Of a stretch of DNA of 64,000 nucleotides, positions 1-14,720 are shown one piece after another. The translations under genes and the position numbers were made by a program. The DNA is from Eledone cirrhosa (lineage: Eukaryota): assembly GCA_964016885.1 (NCBI GenBank), contig OZ024753.1, forward strand, positions 23,808,001-23,872,000, in the 5' to 3' direction. Position 1 is the stretch's first letter. Each line of letters opens with the position of its first letter. The notes beneath the pieces were generated by a model. It had not been told where the DNA came from. It did not search any database and saw only the letters and a list, made by a program, of their open reading frames with translations.

Positions 1-1359
1 TTACCATTTTTTCCCATTTGGTTCTGGCTCCTCTATACACTCTGATTCTATCTCTCTGATTGTAGCCAGAGAACTGCATACGGTGGATGAAGTGTTGTAT
101 GTGTCTCTCTAGTTCTTCGGGGTTGCACATGCGGGACACATTTCTCATCACCCGTACCAAATCCGCAATCAGTATGTTGATTTTGGTATGGTCCGAAATG
201 GCCGAGTTTCGGTGGATCAGATGTTTGGAAGTCATGGGTTTGGCATAATGGGGATGGAGGATTTGTTTTTGGTTGTTAATGGTATCTAACCAGAGCTCTG
301 TGACTAGTACAGGTAATCGATGGTTGGGGTGTCTACTTGGGTAGTCTATAGTAACTCTAATGCTCTGGTGGATGGAGTTTGCTATTTGCTGGATGCTTTC
401 CATTGTGTTTTTCTCTAGTTCCTGACTGTTCTCTAGTGGGGGTGTCTTAACTACGATGTTTATATCATCTACGTAGCGGGAGTACATTATCAGGGTTAAG
501 CTGTCTTCTAATTGTTCTTTAAGTTTAAGTTTAAGTCTACTGTCCCACCATACCATGAATAAGTTAGCTATGTCGCCTGCAATGCTAACACCAATGGCTG
601 CTCCTTCCTCTTGGGCATATGTTTTTCCATTAAATTTGAACATATGTTCCTTAAGGGTTAATTTTATGCTGGCCCCTACCGCATGTGCAATCATTTTCTT
701 CAGTTCATCGTGGTTTTCGGGTGTCCGTATGGCTCTGGTCCACCCGTTCCATCTATCTGTGTGGGTCTTCTTGGCCATTGAGGTAATGGTAAGTGGTCTG
801 CCTCTTGCTGGTCTTGTAGGGCACAGGTTGCTAAGGTCATAAGTGTCTAGGTAACTATTACTATGGGTAAGCTTAAGTAGAAGTCCCAGCTCACTGGTAT
901 CAATCCCACGGAACTTAACCTTGCTCTCGCTGATCATTTCTACGCATTTCTCCACAGTAAAATCCACGTCAATAGATGGATACAGGGACACAACATCCAT
1001 ACTGCCTATTATGCAGTTTGTTAGGTCCCCAGATCGGTTACTCACGCCGATTCTGCTGAGGAGGTCCTCCGTGCTGTCACATACATCTGGGGACATCTCA
1101 ATGATGGGGCGTATGATCAGGGAGAGGAAGTAGGACAGTCTGTAGTTACTAGCAATGTTAGCTCCACAGACTGGCCGTGTTGGTGGTCCCGCGACAGGGT
1201 CACAGCCCGTTTTATGGTCTTTTCGAAGCCCATACAACGCCGGCACGTCATTGTACCAGGCCTGGAAGTTGTTGGCAGTCCTTTTGTTGGGCTGCATTAT
1301 ATTCGTCCACATCACCATATGGGCATTGAGGGCTTTTTCTCTATCCTCATGCTCCTGTG
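1..1359 (-). mobile_element. Penelope-like element RT fragment (same family as 24780-27517); runs off the window start and is 5'-truncated at a (TA)n tract
   Basis: Near-identical reverse complement of ~25095-26455. It keeps TGG where the other copy has the TAG stop at 25897-25899. Confidence 0.9.
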
Positions 1360-1648
<289 letters not shown>

Positions 1649-1691
1649 TACGATATTAAATAAATGGAAACTATATTTATAAAACCATATT

Positions 1692-1757
1692 TATTTCATT
1701 ATATATATTTCAGGGATATCATATTAAAAATATGTTATGCCTTCTTCAGACAAAATA
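1692..1757 (-). ncRNA. Type I hammerhead ribozyme motif in inverted pLTR
   Basis: Reverse complement of 5703-5768. Confidence 0.75.
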
Positions 1758-2075
1758 CAATATAAACAGTCTTATAAATAGATAGATTTGACATACCTTT
1801 CAACTTCAACTTCCATTTAAAAAGTTTAACATATGTTTTATATAAAAGGCATAACATATTTTTAATATGATATCCCTGCAATATATATAATGAAATAAAT
1901 ATGGTTTTATAAATATAGTTTCCATTTATTTAATATCGTAAATATACTCCAAATACTTGTTGAGTGCTTTTATATCAGTTATAAATATTTACTCGTTGTA
2001 ACCCAACAATTTAAATAAAACTTTGCATATATCTTGCTCCAATACTGTTGAGCGCTTTATATTATAACTGAAAAA

Positions 2076-4307
2076 ATGGAATTCTTTAAGATTTCTTCCT
2101 CTTTAAAAGACATACCTCTACCTAGAAACAAAGACTTTATTAAACAATTAATAGATAAATCTGACTCTTTTATAAGGAGAATCAGGTGGCGGGCATTCCA
2201 CTTTGATAAATCTAATATAAATGAAAATGTCTCGGACTTAGACATAGTTTTCAAATCTAAAAGAAATCCACCCCCCAACAAACTTTTATTTGACTTTGAA
2301 AACGATATAATTTCTATCATACAAGGAGTCAAATTCAAGAGAAACTTCAAAGGCCAGGAATATCTGAAAGGCATTAAGGATAATATTGAGAGCTTAGAGA
2401 AAACTGAGAAGATCTTGGTGAAATCTGACAAGACCAACAACCTCTATGGAGTGCAAAAAGACATGTATAATGGCCTCATACTGAAAGAACTGAGGAAAAA
2501 GTACAAGGTAGCAGATAAGGCTGAGCGTGAGAAAATGAATGTTGAGGCATCTTGTATAATGCATGAGTTGGAAATTGAGAACAGAACACAACCTTTCGTG
2601 CCCAGGAAACCGAAGATCAATATGTAAGATCACAAAAGAAATTTTGAAAATGACCTGCCAGTCAGATTGATTGCACCATCAAAATCTGACCTGGGTAAAC
2701 TAAGCAAAAACATTCTAGACAGGGTGATACAGCAAATTAAAAACTTGAATTGTTTACCTAACTTGAGCTTGTGGAAGGGAACTGGAGAGGTTATTGAGTG
2801 GTTTAAAGAAATTAAATATAACAATAATAATAAATTTATTCAACTAGATATTGCTAACTATTATTCATCTATTACCCCTAATCTACTAAATAAGGCACTA
2901 AATTACGCATTCAAACATACAGACCTAACTAGCAATGAAATGCACATTATATTATCGGCTAGGAAAACATTGATAGAATTTAATGACCAACTATGGACCA
3001 GAGCAGATAGAGATAACAATTTCGACATTACTATGGGATCATCCGACTCAGCTCAGGTAACTGACCTTGTGGGCCTATTTATAATCAATTCGCTGCATAG
3101 GAAAATACCCGGTGCTACCGGAGGTTTATATAGAGATGACATGCTTTTACTTATTGAAAATAATAACTCTGAACTAAATAGAAAAAGAAAACAAATTACA
3201 CAATTTTTTAATTACTTTAATCTAAAAATAGAAATTGAGAATAACCATAGAATAGTCAATTTCCTAGATGTAACATTAAATCTCAACACATGTCTTCACT
3301 ATCCATTTCACAAGTTGAATGAAAACTTAAACTATGTCAGCTTTAACTCTAACCACCCCAGATCTGTTAAAAATACTATAGTAAACTCTGTTCAAAAACG
3401 TATCTCTCGAATCTCATCTAATAAAAAGATTTTCGACGAAAAAGCCCAGTATTACAATGAAGCGTTAGCTAGAGCAGGATATAGTGATAAAATTATGTAC
3501 ATAGATAATAATAGACAAACTAACCAAAATAACAACAATTTTAATTACGGCAACAACTTTAACAACTATAATAGAAAGCATTACAATAATTCCAAAAGCC
3601 AAAAAAGAAATAGAACTAGGAACATAATATGGTTTGCCCCCCCCCCCCCGCCTTTCTCACTAAACATTAAAACCCACATCGCTAAACTATTTTTTAATGC
3701 TCTTGATAATCGCTTCCCTAGAACACATAGGTATCACTCAATTTTCAATAGACATACTATAAAATTAACTTACTCATCCACCAAAAATTTAGCACAAAAT
3801 ATTAATAGAATAAATAATAGTAATTTAAAACCTAGCCAAAATACCGATAATAGCATAAATAATATCCAAGTAAACAAATGTAACTGTAGAGATAGATCTA
3901 AATGTCCGTTAAATAACAATTGCTTAGTTAAAAATATAATATATAACTGTAATGTTAAAACGGACTTAAATTTTTTTAACTATGTTGGTTCCACCTCGAC
4001 AGAATTTAAACTTCGCTATAATAACCACAAGAATTCTTTCACAGATCCAAGCAAAAAATCTTCAACATCACTATCTGGCTTACTCTGGAAACTTAAGCAT
4101 GATAACGTTGGATATTCGACGGCTTGGAATATAGTCTCAAGAGGGATTCCTTTTAATTCATCCTCTGAGACATGTGACCTCTGCGCGGAGGAGATATTCT
4201 TTATACTAAAATCTAAAAATTCCCTTAATTTACGGACAAATTTATTCAGTTGCTGCAGACATAGATTGAACTCAACTTTTAAATATAAATATAAATTTAA
4301 AATGTAG
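2076..4307 (+). pseudogene. PLE reverse transcriptase + GIY-YIG endonuclease ORF (~743 codons) with one in-frame TAA at 2625-2627
   Basis: ORFs 2076-2627 and 2667-4307 are in the same frame. Motifs: (K)DHK, QLDIANYY, FDITMGSSDS, GLYRDD, NFLDVTL, CNCR..CPL..C, IIY..YVGST..FKLRYNNH, CDLCAEE, CRHR. Confidence 0.9.
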
Positions 4308-5412
4308 TATATTTAACTTGATTTATAATTATTTATGAAACTCGCCGATAAATCTTTCGATTTCTTTTTTATTTTAAACATTCTTCATGAATAATTAAAC
4401 TACCCTAAAAGCTGATGCTCCAAATATATCGAATAAATTTTACACTAGATAAACCTCTATATTAAATATAAGACCATCTGTAGATCAAATGGGTATCCTA
4501 AACTTTTGGAATGATTTCTGCTAGACAGGATTTGGTAGATAATTTTGGTTTTGTTTGCTTTTGATTCTGATGCTTATAACGAACTTGGCAATATATTGTC
4601 AATTAACCTTGAAGGGTTGATCTCTGTGGTTGATTTGCGGGGCATACTATGTTTTATGTTTTATTTTTTTATTTTTTATTTTTTATTTTTTATTTTTTAT
4701 TTATTTATTTATTTTTTTTATTTTATTTTATTTTATTTTATTTTTTTTTTTTATTTTTTTTTTTTATATTTTTAATATTTTTATTTTCACATTTTTATAT
4801 TTTTTTTATTTTTTATTGATATATTGGTATCTGTTCTTTATTTATGCTTGAACGATAATCATGTAGAGTAAAGACAAGAATAGTATTGTTAAAATTAATG
4901 TAGACTCTATATATATTTGTGTGTATGTACACATATATGTATACTAGAATTTTTATAGCACAATGAGAATGTTTTCGTGTGAAATAGGAATTTGCAGAGT
5001 TGATCACGTAAATTCACATGGATGTCTATAGTATCGAATCTGGGATAACCTTCTATTTTATCTCAACTCTGATATAAACCTAGGAATTTTAAACTAGACA
5101 TATGATCATTATTTTTCACACATTATTGATACGTGTCTCATTCATGAATACTGATATTTACATTATAATGCTTGATATTTTTACATTGATGAAACATTTT
5201 AAATCTGCCTCGTTTATGTCTGGATATTTTTATTTTCTCTCTATGTAACGGCTGTTTTCTCTCCTAACCACATATATCTCTCTCTATATTAATACTAGAA
5301 CTAAATGAATAAATAAATAAATAAATATATCATTGATACGTCATTCAACTGGTGGCCAACTATCTATTTTCTTTCTCTCTATCTCTATCTATATCTATCT
5401 CTCTCTATTTTT

Positions 5413-5444
<32 letters not shown>

Positions 5445-5702
5445 ATCTATCCCCCTCTGTGTTTTTTCCTCGCTCTATATATCTCTCTATGTTTCTTTAC
5501 ATGAATTCCTCTCTCTATCTATCTCTCTATATCTATCTCTCTCTATTTAGTTGCATGCATTTCTTCTTTTTCTTCGTTTTTTCTTTCTTTCTTTCTTTTT
5601 ATAACTGTCCCTAACATTTTTCACTACCACATCAACTTTTTAAATGGAAGTTGAAGTTGAAAGGTATGTCAAATCTATCTATTTATAAGACTGTTTATAT
5701 TG

Positions 5703-5768
5703 TATTTTGTCTGAAGAAGGCATAACATATTTTTAATATGATATCCCTGAAATATATATAATGAAATA
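5703..5768 (+). ncRNA. Type I minimal hammerhead ribozyme motif in 3' pLTR
   Basis: TATTTTGT-CTGAAGA-AGGCATAACATATT(TTT)AATATGATATCCCT-GAAA-TATATA-TA-ATGAAATA. Confidence 0.8.
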
Positions 5769-5900
5769 AATATGGTTTTATAAATATAGTTTCCATTTAT
5801 TTAATATCGTAAATATACTCCAAATACTTGTTGAGTGCTTTTATATCAGTTATAAATATTTACTCGTTGTAACCCAACAATTTAAATAAAACTTTGCATA

Positions 5901-6034
5901 TATATATATTATATATATTATATAAATATAACTTTCCATATATATATTATATATATATTATATATATATTTATATTATATATATATTATATATATATATA
6001 TATTATATATATATTATATATATATTATATATAT

Positions 6035-6066
<32 letters not shown>

Positions 6067-6324
6067 TATATATATATTATATATATTATATGTATATTAT
6101 ATATATTATATATATTATATATATATTATATATATATTATATATATTATATATATATTATATATATATATATATTATATATGTATTATATATATTATATA
6201 TATATAATATATATTATATATATATATTATATATATATATATATTATATATATTATATATATATTATATATATATATTATATATATATATATTATATATG
6301 CATATATATTATATATATATATAT

Positions 6325-6355
<31 letters not shown>

Positions 6356-6781
6356 ATATATATATATATTATATATATATTATATATATATATTATATAT
6401 ATTATATATATATTATATATATTATATATATATTATATATATTATATATATATTATATTTATTATATATATATTATATATATTATATATATATTATATAT
6501 ATTATATATATATTATATATATTATATATATATATATATATATTATATATTATATATATATATATTATATATATATATATAATATTTATATATATATATA
6601 TATATTATATATATATATTATATTTATATATATATATATATATTATATATATATATTATATATATATTATATATATATATATTATATATATATATATATA
6701 TTATATATATATATATTATATTTATATTATATATATATATTATATATATATATATTATATATATATATATTATATATATAC

Positions 6782-6843
<62 letters not shown>

Positions 6844-6950
6844 ATTATATATGTATATATATATTATATATATATATATATTATATATATATATTATATA
6901 TATATTATATATATATATATTATATATATATATATTATATATATATATAT

Positions 6951-7030
<80 letters not shown>

Positions 7031-7509
7031 ATATTATATATATATATATATATTATATATATATATATATTATATATATATATATATTATATATATATAT
7101 TATATATATATATATATATTATATATATATATATATGTGTATGTATATAATCGTGTCTGTGTGTGTGTGTGTTTACATGTGTGTTTTTTATTTTATTTTT
7201 CCTTTCCCTCTTCCTTCTCCAGCCTGACATTCATATACATTGCATTTTTTTTTTTAAAATCCAAATTCAATAAATACACCAGGATTTTTTCATTCTGATT
7301 ATTGAAAGCTATTTTTTTTGCTTTTAAGAAACCACTGGTAAATGGAATAGTATAATATATATATATAATATATATATAATATATATAATATATATATAAT
7401 ATATAATATATATATATATAATATATATAATATATATATATATAATATATATATATATAATATATATAATATATATATAATATATAATATATATATATAT
7501 AATATATAT

Positions 7510-7559
<50 letters not shown>

Positions 7560-7562
7560 TAT
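5901..7562. repeat. (TA)n/(TATTA)n/(TAATA)n microsatellite with a short unique T-rich island (~7150-7345)
   Basis: Directly visible. Confidence 0.95.
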
Positions 7563-7564
7563 AT

Positions 7565-8513
7565 GGAAAAAATGAAACGAAATTTCATTTCCCACTCTTA
7601 GTACGGCTGTTACTTAAATATAAGTATGTACACGTACATACATATATGTATACAGACGTACAGTAGTATGTATATATACATACATGCACACATATATATA
7701 TATGTACGTATGAATTCACCGAACATTTATTATAATGCTCGGTGAATTTTTTCGTTTCATTTTTTCCGTTTATCGTTTTCGGTGCACCCGGCCGATTAAC
7801 CCACTCGATATGCAAATTGGGCTACTCAGCCGTTAATATGCATAAGGTAAGTATATACGTTCAACAATCTGCCAGGAAGGTATACGTTGCTGCCGATAGC
7901 TAATAAGCTTGAAACTAGTACAGCGTTCCTTTGTAAGTGTTGAACAAACGAGCAACGATGGTTGCTAGACACTACGGCTAAATACGGGATGTTTGTTTAC
8001 AAACATACCGAGCATTATAATAAATGTTCGGTGAATCCATACGTACATATATACATGTGTGCATGTATGTATATATATATATATACATACTACTGTACGT
8101 CTGTATACATATATGTATGTACGTGTACATACTTATATTTAAGTAACAGCCGTACTAAGAGTGGGAAATGAAATTTCGTTTCATTTTTATCGTTTTCGGT
8201 GCACCCGGCCGATTAACCCACTCGATATGCAAATTGGGCTACCCAGCCGTTAATATGCATAAGATAAGTATATACGTTCAACAATCTGCCAGGAAGGTAT
8301 ACGTTGCTGACGATAGCTAATAAGCTTGAAACTAGTACAGCGTTCCTTTGTCGGTGTTGAACAATACGGGATGTTTGTTTACAAACACATCGAGCATTAT
8401 AATAAATGTTCGGTTATTTCATACGTACATATATATATGTGTGCATGTATGTATATATATATACATACTACTGTACGTCTGTATACATATATGTTTGTAC
8501 GTGTACATACTTA
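7565..8513 (+). mobile_element. Non-coding HHR-bearing tandem unit (~417 bp period) with an inverted 5' arm (7565-7743); PLE pLTR / retrozyme-like
   Basis: 7750-8170 is repeated from ~8174. 7570-7743 is the reverse complement of ~8007-8185. HHR motifs at 7884-7926 and 8301-8343. Confidence 0.75.
8301..8343 (+). ncRNA. Minimal type I hammerhead motif (the copy at 7884-7926 has a mutated core, CTGCCGA)
   Basis: ACGTTG-CTGACGA-TAGC(TAATAA)GCTT-GAAA-CTAG-TA-CAGCGT. Confidence 0.8.
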
Positions 8514-8745
8514 TATATATATATATATATATAATATATATATATAATATATATATATAATATATATATATATATATAATATATATAATATATATATATA
8601 TATAATATATAGATATATAATATATATAATATATATATATATATAATATATATAATATATATAATATATATATATATATAATATATAGATATATAATATA
8701 TATAATATATATATATATATAATATATATAATATATATAATATAT

Positions 8746-9065
<320 letters not shown>

Positions 9066-9067
<2 letters not shown>

Positions 9068-11088
9068 GGAAAAATTTGAACAGGAACAAAACAGAGAGGC
9101 AGTACAACGAATGTTTATTAATTTCACGCTCTGGAGAGTGGGGTGGTGGTGGGGAACGACGTTTCGGGCATAAGCCCTTCCTCAGGTGAGAAGTGTGTGG
9201 GAACAGAGTTCAAAGGGTGTGTAGGGGAGTGGTGGAGAGACATATAGCGAAAGGAAACGGTGCGAATGAAATTAAAAATAAAAGTAAAAATAAAGCATGA
9301 TCAAAATACAAGGAAAGAAGTGGGTCGGAGTGTCTGTGCGTGTGTGGATAGAGGGGTGGGGGGAGAGGAATCAGGAGGCTGAGCGTGTAAATATGTGGTG
9401 GAAAGCACGTGTGTGTGGGGGGTTTAAGCGTGCTGTGGGTGTAGGTGGCGTGTGGGAGAAAAACAGTTTTTGGGTGTGTGTGTGGATGAGTTATATAGGT
9501 GATTCCGTAAGAAGATGGTTGAAATGTTGTTAAGTTCCTATGATGTTTAGTGGATTCTCTGGTGATCAAGTTCCACATACGAGTATTCCATGAAGTGATG
9601 GTCGGAAGAGGAGAGATGTGGGGTGCGCGCGCAACAGGAAGTGGTCAAGCGGTGGGAGTGCTGTGTGTCTGTTTGTGCTGGGAGGTGGTCAGTGGGCATA
9701 GCAGCAGTCGGCGGAATGGTAAAGGGGCGAGGATGGGTAGGTGTGAAATTTGGAGTGAAGAGGGTGTGTGTGTGTATTAGTAGAGGTGTTAGTGGGATGA
9801 GTGAGTGTGGAGCGAGGGTGTGGGTGGAGCGGGGAGAGAAGGGTGTGTGTAGTTCTATGGAGGGAGTGTGGTGTACTGGTGTGTGTGTAGTTTGATGAAG
9901 GGGGTGTTAGTGGGTGTTAGTATACGGGAGGTGGGGAAGGGTTGAATGCAGGTGTGAGTGGGGGTTAGTGGTGGTAGGATGTGTAGAGTTGGTGGTGTAC
10001 GGGGGTGTGTGGGTACGTGTGCGTGGGGTTGGGGGTGTTAGTGATGTTAGTTGCGTGTGGGGTGGGTGGTGTAAATGGGTGCGTGTGTTCGTTTTCTTGG
10101 GGTCAGGGGGTGTTAGTGAGGTTAGTTGCGGGGTGGTGGGATGGAGGTGTGGGGGTGAAGGTTAGTGGTGGTAGTAGGGTGTGTTTAGTGTGAGCGCGTG
10201 TATATATGTGCCGGTGCGTGTGTGCGTGTGATAAGGAGGGGGGGGGGAGAAGAAGGGAGGGATGTTAGTATGTTAGTTGAGGAAGGGTGGTCGGATGAGG
10301 GGTGGAGTGGAGTGGAGGTGTTATTATTGTTAGTTGTGGGGTGGACGGTGAAAAGGAGGGGTGTGTTAGTGGTGTTAGTGGGGGATAAGTGTGGGGGGAG
10401 GGGGCGGTTGAATGCTAAAGGAATAAGGGTGGGGAGTTCAGGCCGGGGGGAGTGTGGGTCCGTAAGATGAAGATAGTTCTTTGTTCGACTCTAAGGCGAT
10501 TGGCGGGTGTTCCGTGGCATTGGAGTAGGCCACAGACTGTGAGATGGCGTGCGGAATGTCCAGGGCCACCAAAGTGGCGGGCGATGGGGGAACTACCACC
10601 GAGACGAATATCCCGAAGGTGTTCAGTGAATCGGTCCGCCAGGCGACGTCCCGTCTGTCCGACATAAGTCGTAGACTAGGTTGGAGGAGGTGCAGCGGAA
10701 CGCATGCCGGACAGAGAGAGAGTGGCCGTTGGGACCCTGGAAGGTGGTGGTGTTGGTGATGTGGGCACAGGGAAAGGAACCGGGGGGGGAAACAGAGCGT
10801 GGGTTGGGGGTAGGGAGCTGTGGACGAGGAGGGTGCGGAGATTGCGTGCGCGTTTGAAGGAGGGGAGTGGTGGGGTTGGGAAGATGTGGGAGGTGGAGGG
10901 GTCGGACTGGAGGCGTCGGAAGAGGCGGCGGATGGTGCTATGGATGGGTAAGGTGGAGGGGTGGTAGGTGATGGGGAAGGGGAGACGGTGGGTGGGTGTG
11001 CGGTGGCGTGGGGTGAGGGTGGTGGAGCGGTGAACAGCACGGGCGCGGGTGAGAGCGGTGTGTAACCTCTGCGGATGAAATGGCTGAC
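9066..11088 (-). mobile_element. 5'-truncated Neptune-type PLE: degenerate GIY-YIG coding region (~10419-11088), CA/CT-rich 3' UTR and pLTR with an HHR-like motif (~9151-9191)
   Basis: Manual minus-strand translation gives FIRRGY...FRCTSSNLVY / YVGQTGRRLADRFTEHLRDIR..PIARHF..EQRTIFILRTHTPPGLN. Motif CTGAGGA-AGGGC(TTAT)GCCC-GAAACGTC. Confidence 0.82.
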
Positions 11089-11138
<50 letters not shown>

Positions 11139-11155
11139 TGTATGTATGTATATAT

Positions 11156-11764
11156 GTCAGGTCACCACTTGGTGCTACTGGTAACATGTATCCCAGTACA
11201 ACCTGTCTCATGGTCGGGTCGTTGGCGACTAAACTGGCAACGCCACCAAGGTTTCTTGGTGAGGAGGGTGACTTTGGACATCCTGCAGGACTAAAAACAA
11301 AACCTGTCAAAGGGCAAAGGAGCTCTTAAGAGTCAATGGCCATCTAAAATCACTGGGAGAGATGACCCCTTAGCCTTTGTCAAGGCAGAATTCTAGGAGA
11401 AGGAAAACTCTGATATAACACCTGCAACCCTGATGGTATCCAATGATGTTGACTTGTTCTTCTTTTTGGTAAATATCATCTTGGTTCAGAGAGTGGGACT
11501 GGCTTTGTGCAGTGCCTTTGCTCACTATAAAAGCTTTACGGCACAGGCATTGCTTTATATCTGGAGATCTCTCTGCACTTGTCGTCACATGGTACCAAAG
11601 GCAAAGCACTATGTGTCAATAATTGTCACAAGTGTAGTGTTTGTACCAGAGTTTTCAAGTCGCTGGCTGGACTAAAAAGTCACACTCGTTCAGCGCATCG
11701 GTAGGGGTTTTCCTACATAAATATAAAGTAGTGGCCGTACTCGAAAACGAGTTGGCAGCCACCA
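11156..11764 (+). mobile_element. ~610-bp non-autonomous RTE-derived retroelement (bipartite: 5' UTR-like part plus ORF 3' end), copy 1
   Basis: Five near-identical copies in the window. Contains CTAGGAGAAGGAAAACTCTGA (RTE 5' UTR-like), [24 protein letters not shown] (RTE C-terminal C2H2-like) and a terminal hairpin ACTCG-AAAA-CGAGT. Confidence 0.75.
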
Positions 11765-12020
11765 TGTATATATATATGTATGTGTGTATATATGTATGTA
11801 TATGTGTGTGTATGTATATATGTATGTATGTGTATAAATGTGTATGTGTGTGTATATATGTATGTATATATGTATGTATATATATATATATGTATGTATA
11901 TATATATGTATGTATATATATATGTATGTATATATATATGTATGTATGTATATATATATGTATGTATATGTATGTATATATATATGTATGTATATGTATG
12001 TATATGTATGTATATGTATG

Positions 12021-12051
<31 letters not shown>

Positions 12052-12132
12052 GTATGCATATATATGTATATACATACATACATATATATATATATATAAA
12101 TACATATATATACATACATATATATATGTATG

Positions 12133-12163
<31 letters not shown>

Positions 12164-12213
12164 GTATATACATACATATATATACATGCATATGTATACA
12201 TACATGTATGTAT

Positions 12214-12248
<35 letters not shown>

Positions 12249-12442
12249 CATACATACATATATATATATACATACATACATATATATATATACGTACATA
12301 CATATATATATATACATACATATGTATATACGTGCATATATATATACAAGCATATGTATGTATATATACATGCATGCGTACATGTGTGTGTATATGTATA
12401 CATACATACATATATATGTATATATATATGCATACATATGTA

Positions 12443-12485
<43 letters not shown>

Positions 12486-12545
12486 ATGTATGTGTATATA
12501 TATGTATGTATGTGTGTATGTATGTATATATGTATGTATATATAT

Positions 12546-13113
12546 GTCAGGTCACCAGTTGGTGCTACTGGTAACATGTATCCCAGTACAACCTGTCTCA
12601 TGGTCGGGTCGTTGGCGACTAAACTGTCAACCCCACCAAGGTTTCTTGGTGAGGAGGGTGACTTTGGACATCCTGCAGGACTAAAAACAAAGCCTGTCAA
12701 AGGGCAAAGGAGCTCTTAAGAGTCAATGGCCATCCAAAATCACCGGGAGAGATGACCCCTTAGCCTTTGTCAAGGCAGAATTCTAGGAGAAGGAAAACTC
12801 TGATATAACACCTGCAACCCTGATGGTATCCAATGATGTTGACTTGTTCTTCTTTTTGGTAAATATCATCTTGGTTAAGAGAGTGGGACTGGCTTTGTGC
12901 AGTGCCTTTGCTCACTATAAAAGCTTCACGGCACAGGCATTGCTTTATATCTGGAGATCTCTCTGCACTTGTCGTCACAAGTGTAGTGTTTGTACCAGAG
13001 TTTTCAAGTCGCTGGCTGGATTAAAAAGTCACACTCGTTCAGCGCATCGGTAGGGGTTCTCCTACATAGATATAAAGTAGTGGCCGTACTCGAAAACGAG
13101 TTGGCAGCCACCA
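12546..13113 (+). mobile_element. RTE-derived element copy 2 (41-bp internal deletion between GTCACA repeats)
   Basis: Alignment by eye to copy 1. Confidence 0.8.
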
Positions 13114-13161
<48 letters not shown>

Positions 13162-13166
<5 letters not shown>

Positions 13167-14149
13167 AAATAACGAAACGAAATTAAATTTCGTTTCGTTT
13201 GTAACTCACTTTTGTATGACTGACGCTTAAACAATTAAGTTAAAAATGTACATGTACATATGCATACTGAAATACTAGTGTGTATACGAATACACACACG
13301 TATACATATGTAGGTGTACCAAGTCTTTCACTGGTCGCTTTACAGTGAGCGGCCCAGCTATTCTGTATGTAAACACACAGACAAACCGGTTTTTAGAGTC
13401 ATACTGGTTTTTCGGGGGAACACCTTCCCCCTATTCTCCAGAAAGCCAGACAAGGAATATTGAACTAGTTTCGTTGTTGTTACAACTCATCAGCAATATT
13501 TACCTATCTACCGGCCTCTAAAAACCGGTTTGTCTGTGTGTTTACATACAGAATAGCTGGGCCGCTCACTGTAAAGCGACCAGTGAAAGACTTGGTACAC
13601 CTACATATGTATACGTGTGTGTATTCGTATACACACTAGTATTTCAGTATGCATATGTAGATGTACATTTTTAACTTAATTGTTTAAGCGTCAGTCATAC
13701 AAAAGTGAGTTACAAACGAAACGAAATTTAATTTCGTTTCGTTATTTGTTTTTATCGTCTCCGCTGAACCGGTGCGTACTCACACTCTATGCAAATTAGT
13801 CTGCCCACTACTAATTTTCATAGAAAAAGCATATAACGATATGTGCTTTTACAATTCTCCAGAAAGGCCGGTAGATAGGTAAATATTGCTGATGAGTTGT
13901 AACAACAACGAAACTAGTTCAATATTCCTTGTCTGGCTTTCTGGAGAATAGGGGGAAGGTGTTCCCCCGAAAAACCAGTATGACTCTAAAAACCGGTTTG
14001 TCTGTGTGTTTACATACAGAATAGCTGGGCCGCTCACTGTAAAGCGACCAGTGAAAGACTTGGTACACCTACATACGTATACGTGTGTGTATTCGTATAC
14101 ACACTAGTATTTCAGTATGCATATGTAGATGTACATTTTTAACTTAATT

Positions 14150-14153
<4 letters not shown>
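13162..14153 (+). mobile_element. Non-coding HHR-bearing unit (~469 bp period) with an inverted 5' arm (13162-13516)
   Basis: 13517-13685 is repeated at 13986-14153. The left arm is a reverse complement. HHRs at 13456-13500 (-) and 13882-13926 (+). Confidence 0.78.
13882..13926 (+). ncRNA. Minimal type I hammerhead motif
   Basis: AATATTG-CTGATGA-GTTG(TAACAA)CAAC-GAAA-CTAG-TT-CAATATT. Confidence 0.85.
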
Positions 14154-14192
<39 letters not shown>

Positions 14193-14199
<7 letters not shown>

Positions 14200-14566
14200 A
14201 TATTTGGCAGGGTCATACTTCCAATACAAACCTACGCACCTCTTGGTTTTCACTTCAATTTATTACAATATCCGGTTGGATGGTTCGATAACCGGGTAGT
14301 TGTTTAAATATTGTCAAATCTCTTTTGTCAGACATTCTGTGACCTCCTCAGTGAGTGAGTTTTCATTATCTATCTCTACTTTATTCTGTCCTACATCATT
14401 GACAATATATAAACAACCATCCGGTTATCGAGGCAACCAACCGGAAACTTATAATAGATTGAAGTGAAAATCAACACTGCGTGTGTTTTTATTGGCAACA
14501 TGACCCTCCCAAAGTATAACAATATCTGTTTCAACATACGTTTTCAGATAAGAAATAAAAACGAAG
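14193..14566. mobile_element. Old inverted pLTR pair related to the pLTR of the 23549-27517 element
   Basis: 14399-14550 resembles 27355-27517 and 23575-23765. 14193-14360 is its diverged inverse with a degenerate HHR. Confidence 0.7.
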
Positions 14567-14720
14567 TATATGTGTGTTTGTGTGTCTGTGTATGTATATC
14601 CCCAATCCATGAGAGCCGTTATTTGATGCAAATAACACGTGATTTCGCCCACTCTGGCCAGCGTGTCTATTAGCAATCTCTCTATCCATGAGGTTAGATA
14701 TGTAGTGTTCAGTGCTCGCA

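Larger units (their letters stand above)
1649..5900 (+). mobile_element. Near full-length Penelope-like element, Naiad-like: inverted pLTR (1649-1826), partial direct pLTR (1846-2030), ORF, 3' UTR, 3' pLTR (~5633-5900)
   Basis: 1649-1826 is the reverse complement of ~5633-5811, and 1846-2030 is a direct copy of ~5717-5900. An RT+GIY-YIG ORF lies between them. Confidence 0.92.

Noticed and set aside
2625-2627. Possible selenocysteine recoding (some Naiad PLEs are selenoproteins)
   Set aside because: The in-frame stop is TAA at an expected Lys. The conserved Cys positions I could read in the Naiad-like copies are Cys codons, not TGA.
9210-11000. G/V/W/C-rich and P/S/T-rich ORFs
   Set aside because: These are off-frame or antisense readings of a GT-rich PLE UTR and a degenerate endonuclease region.
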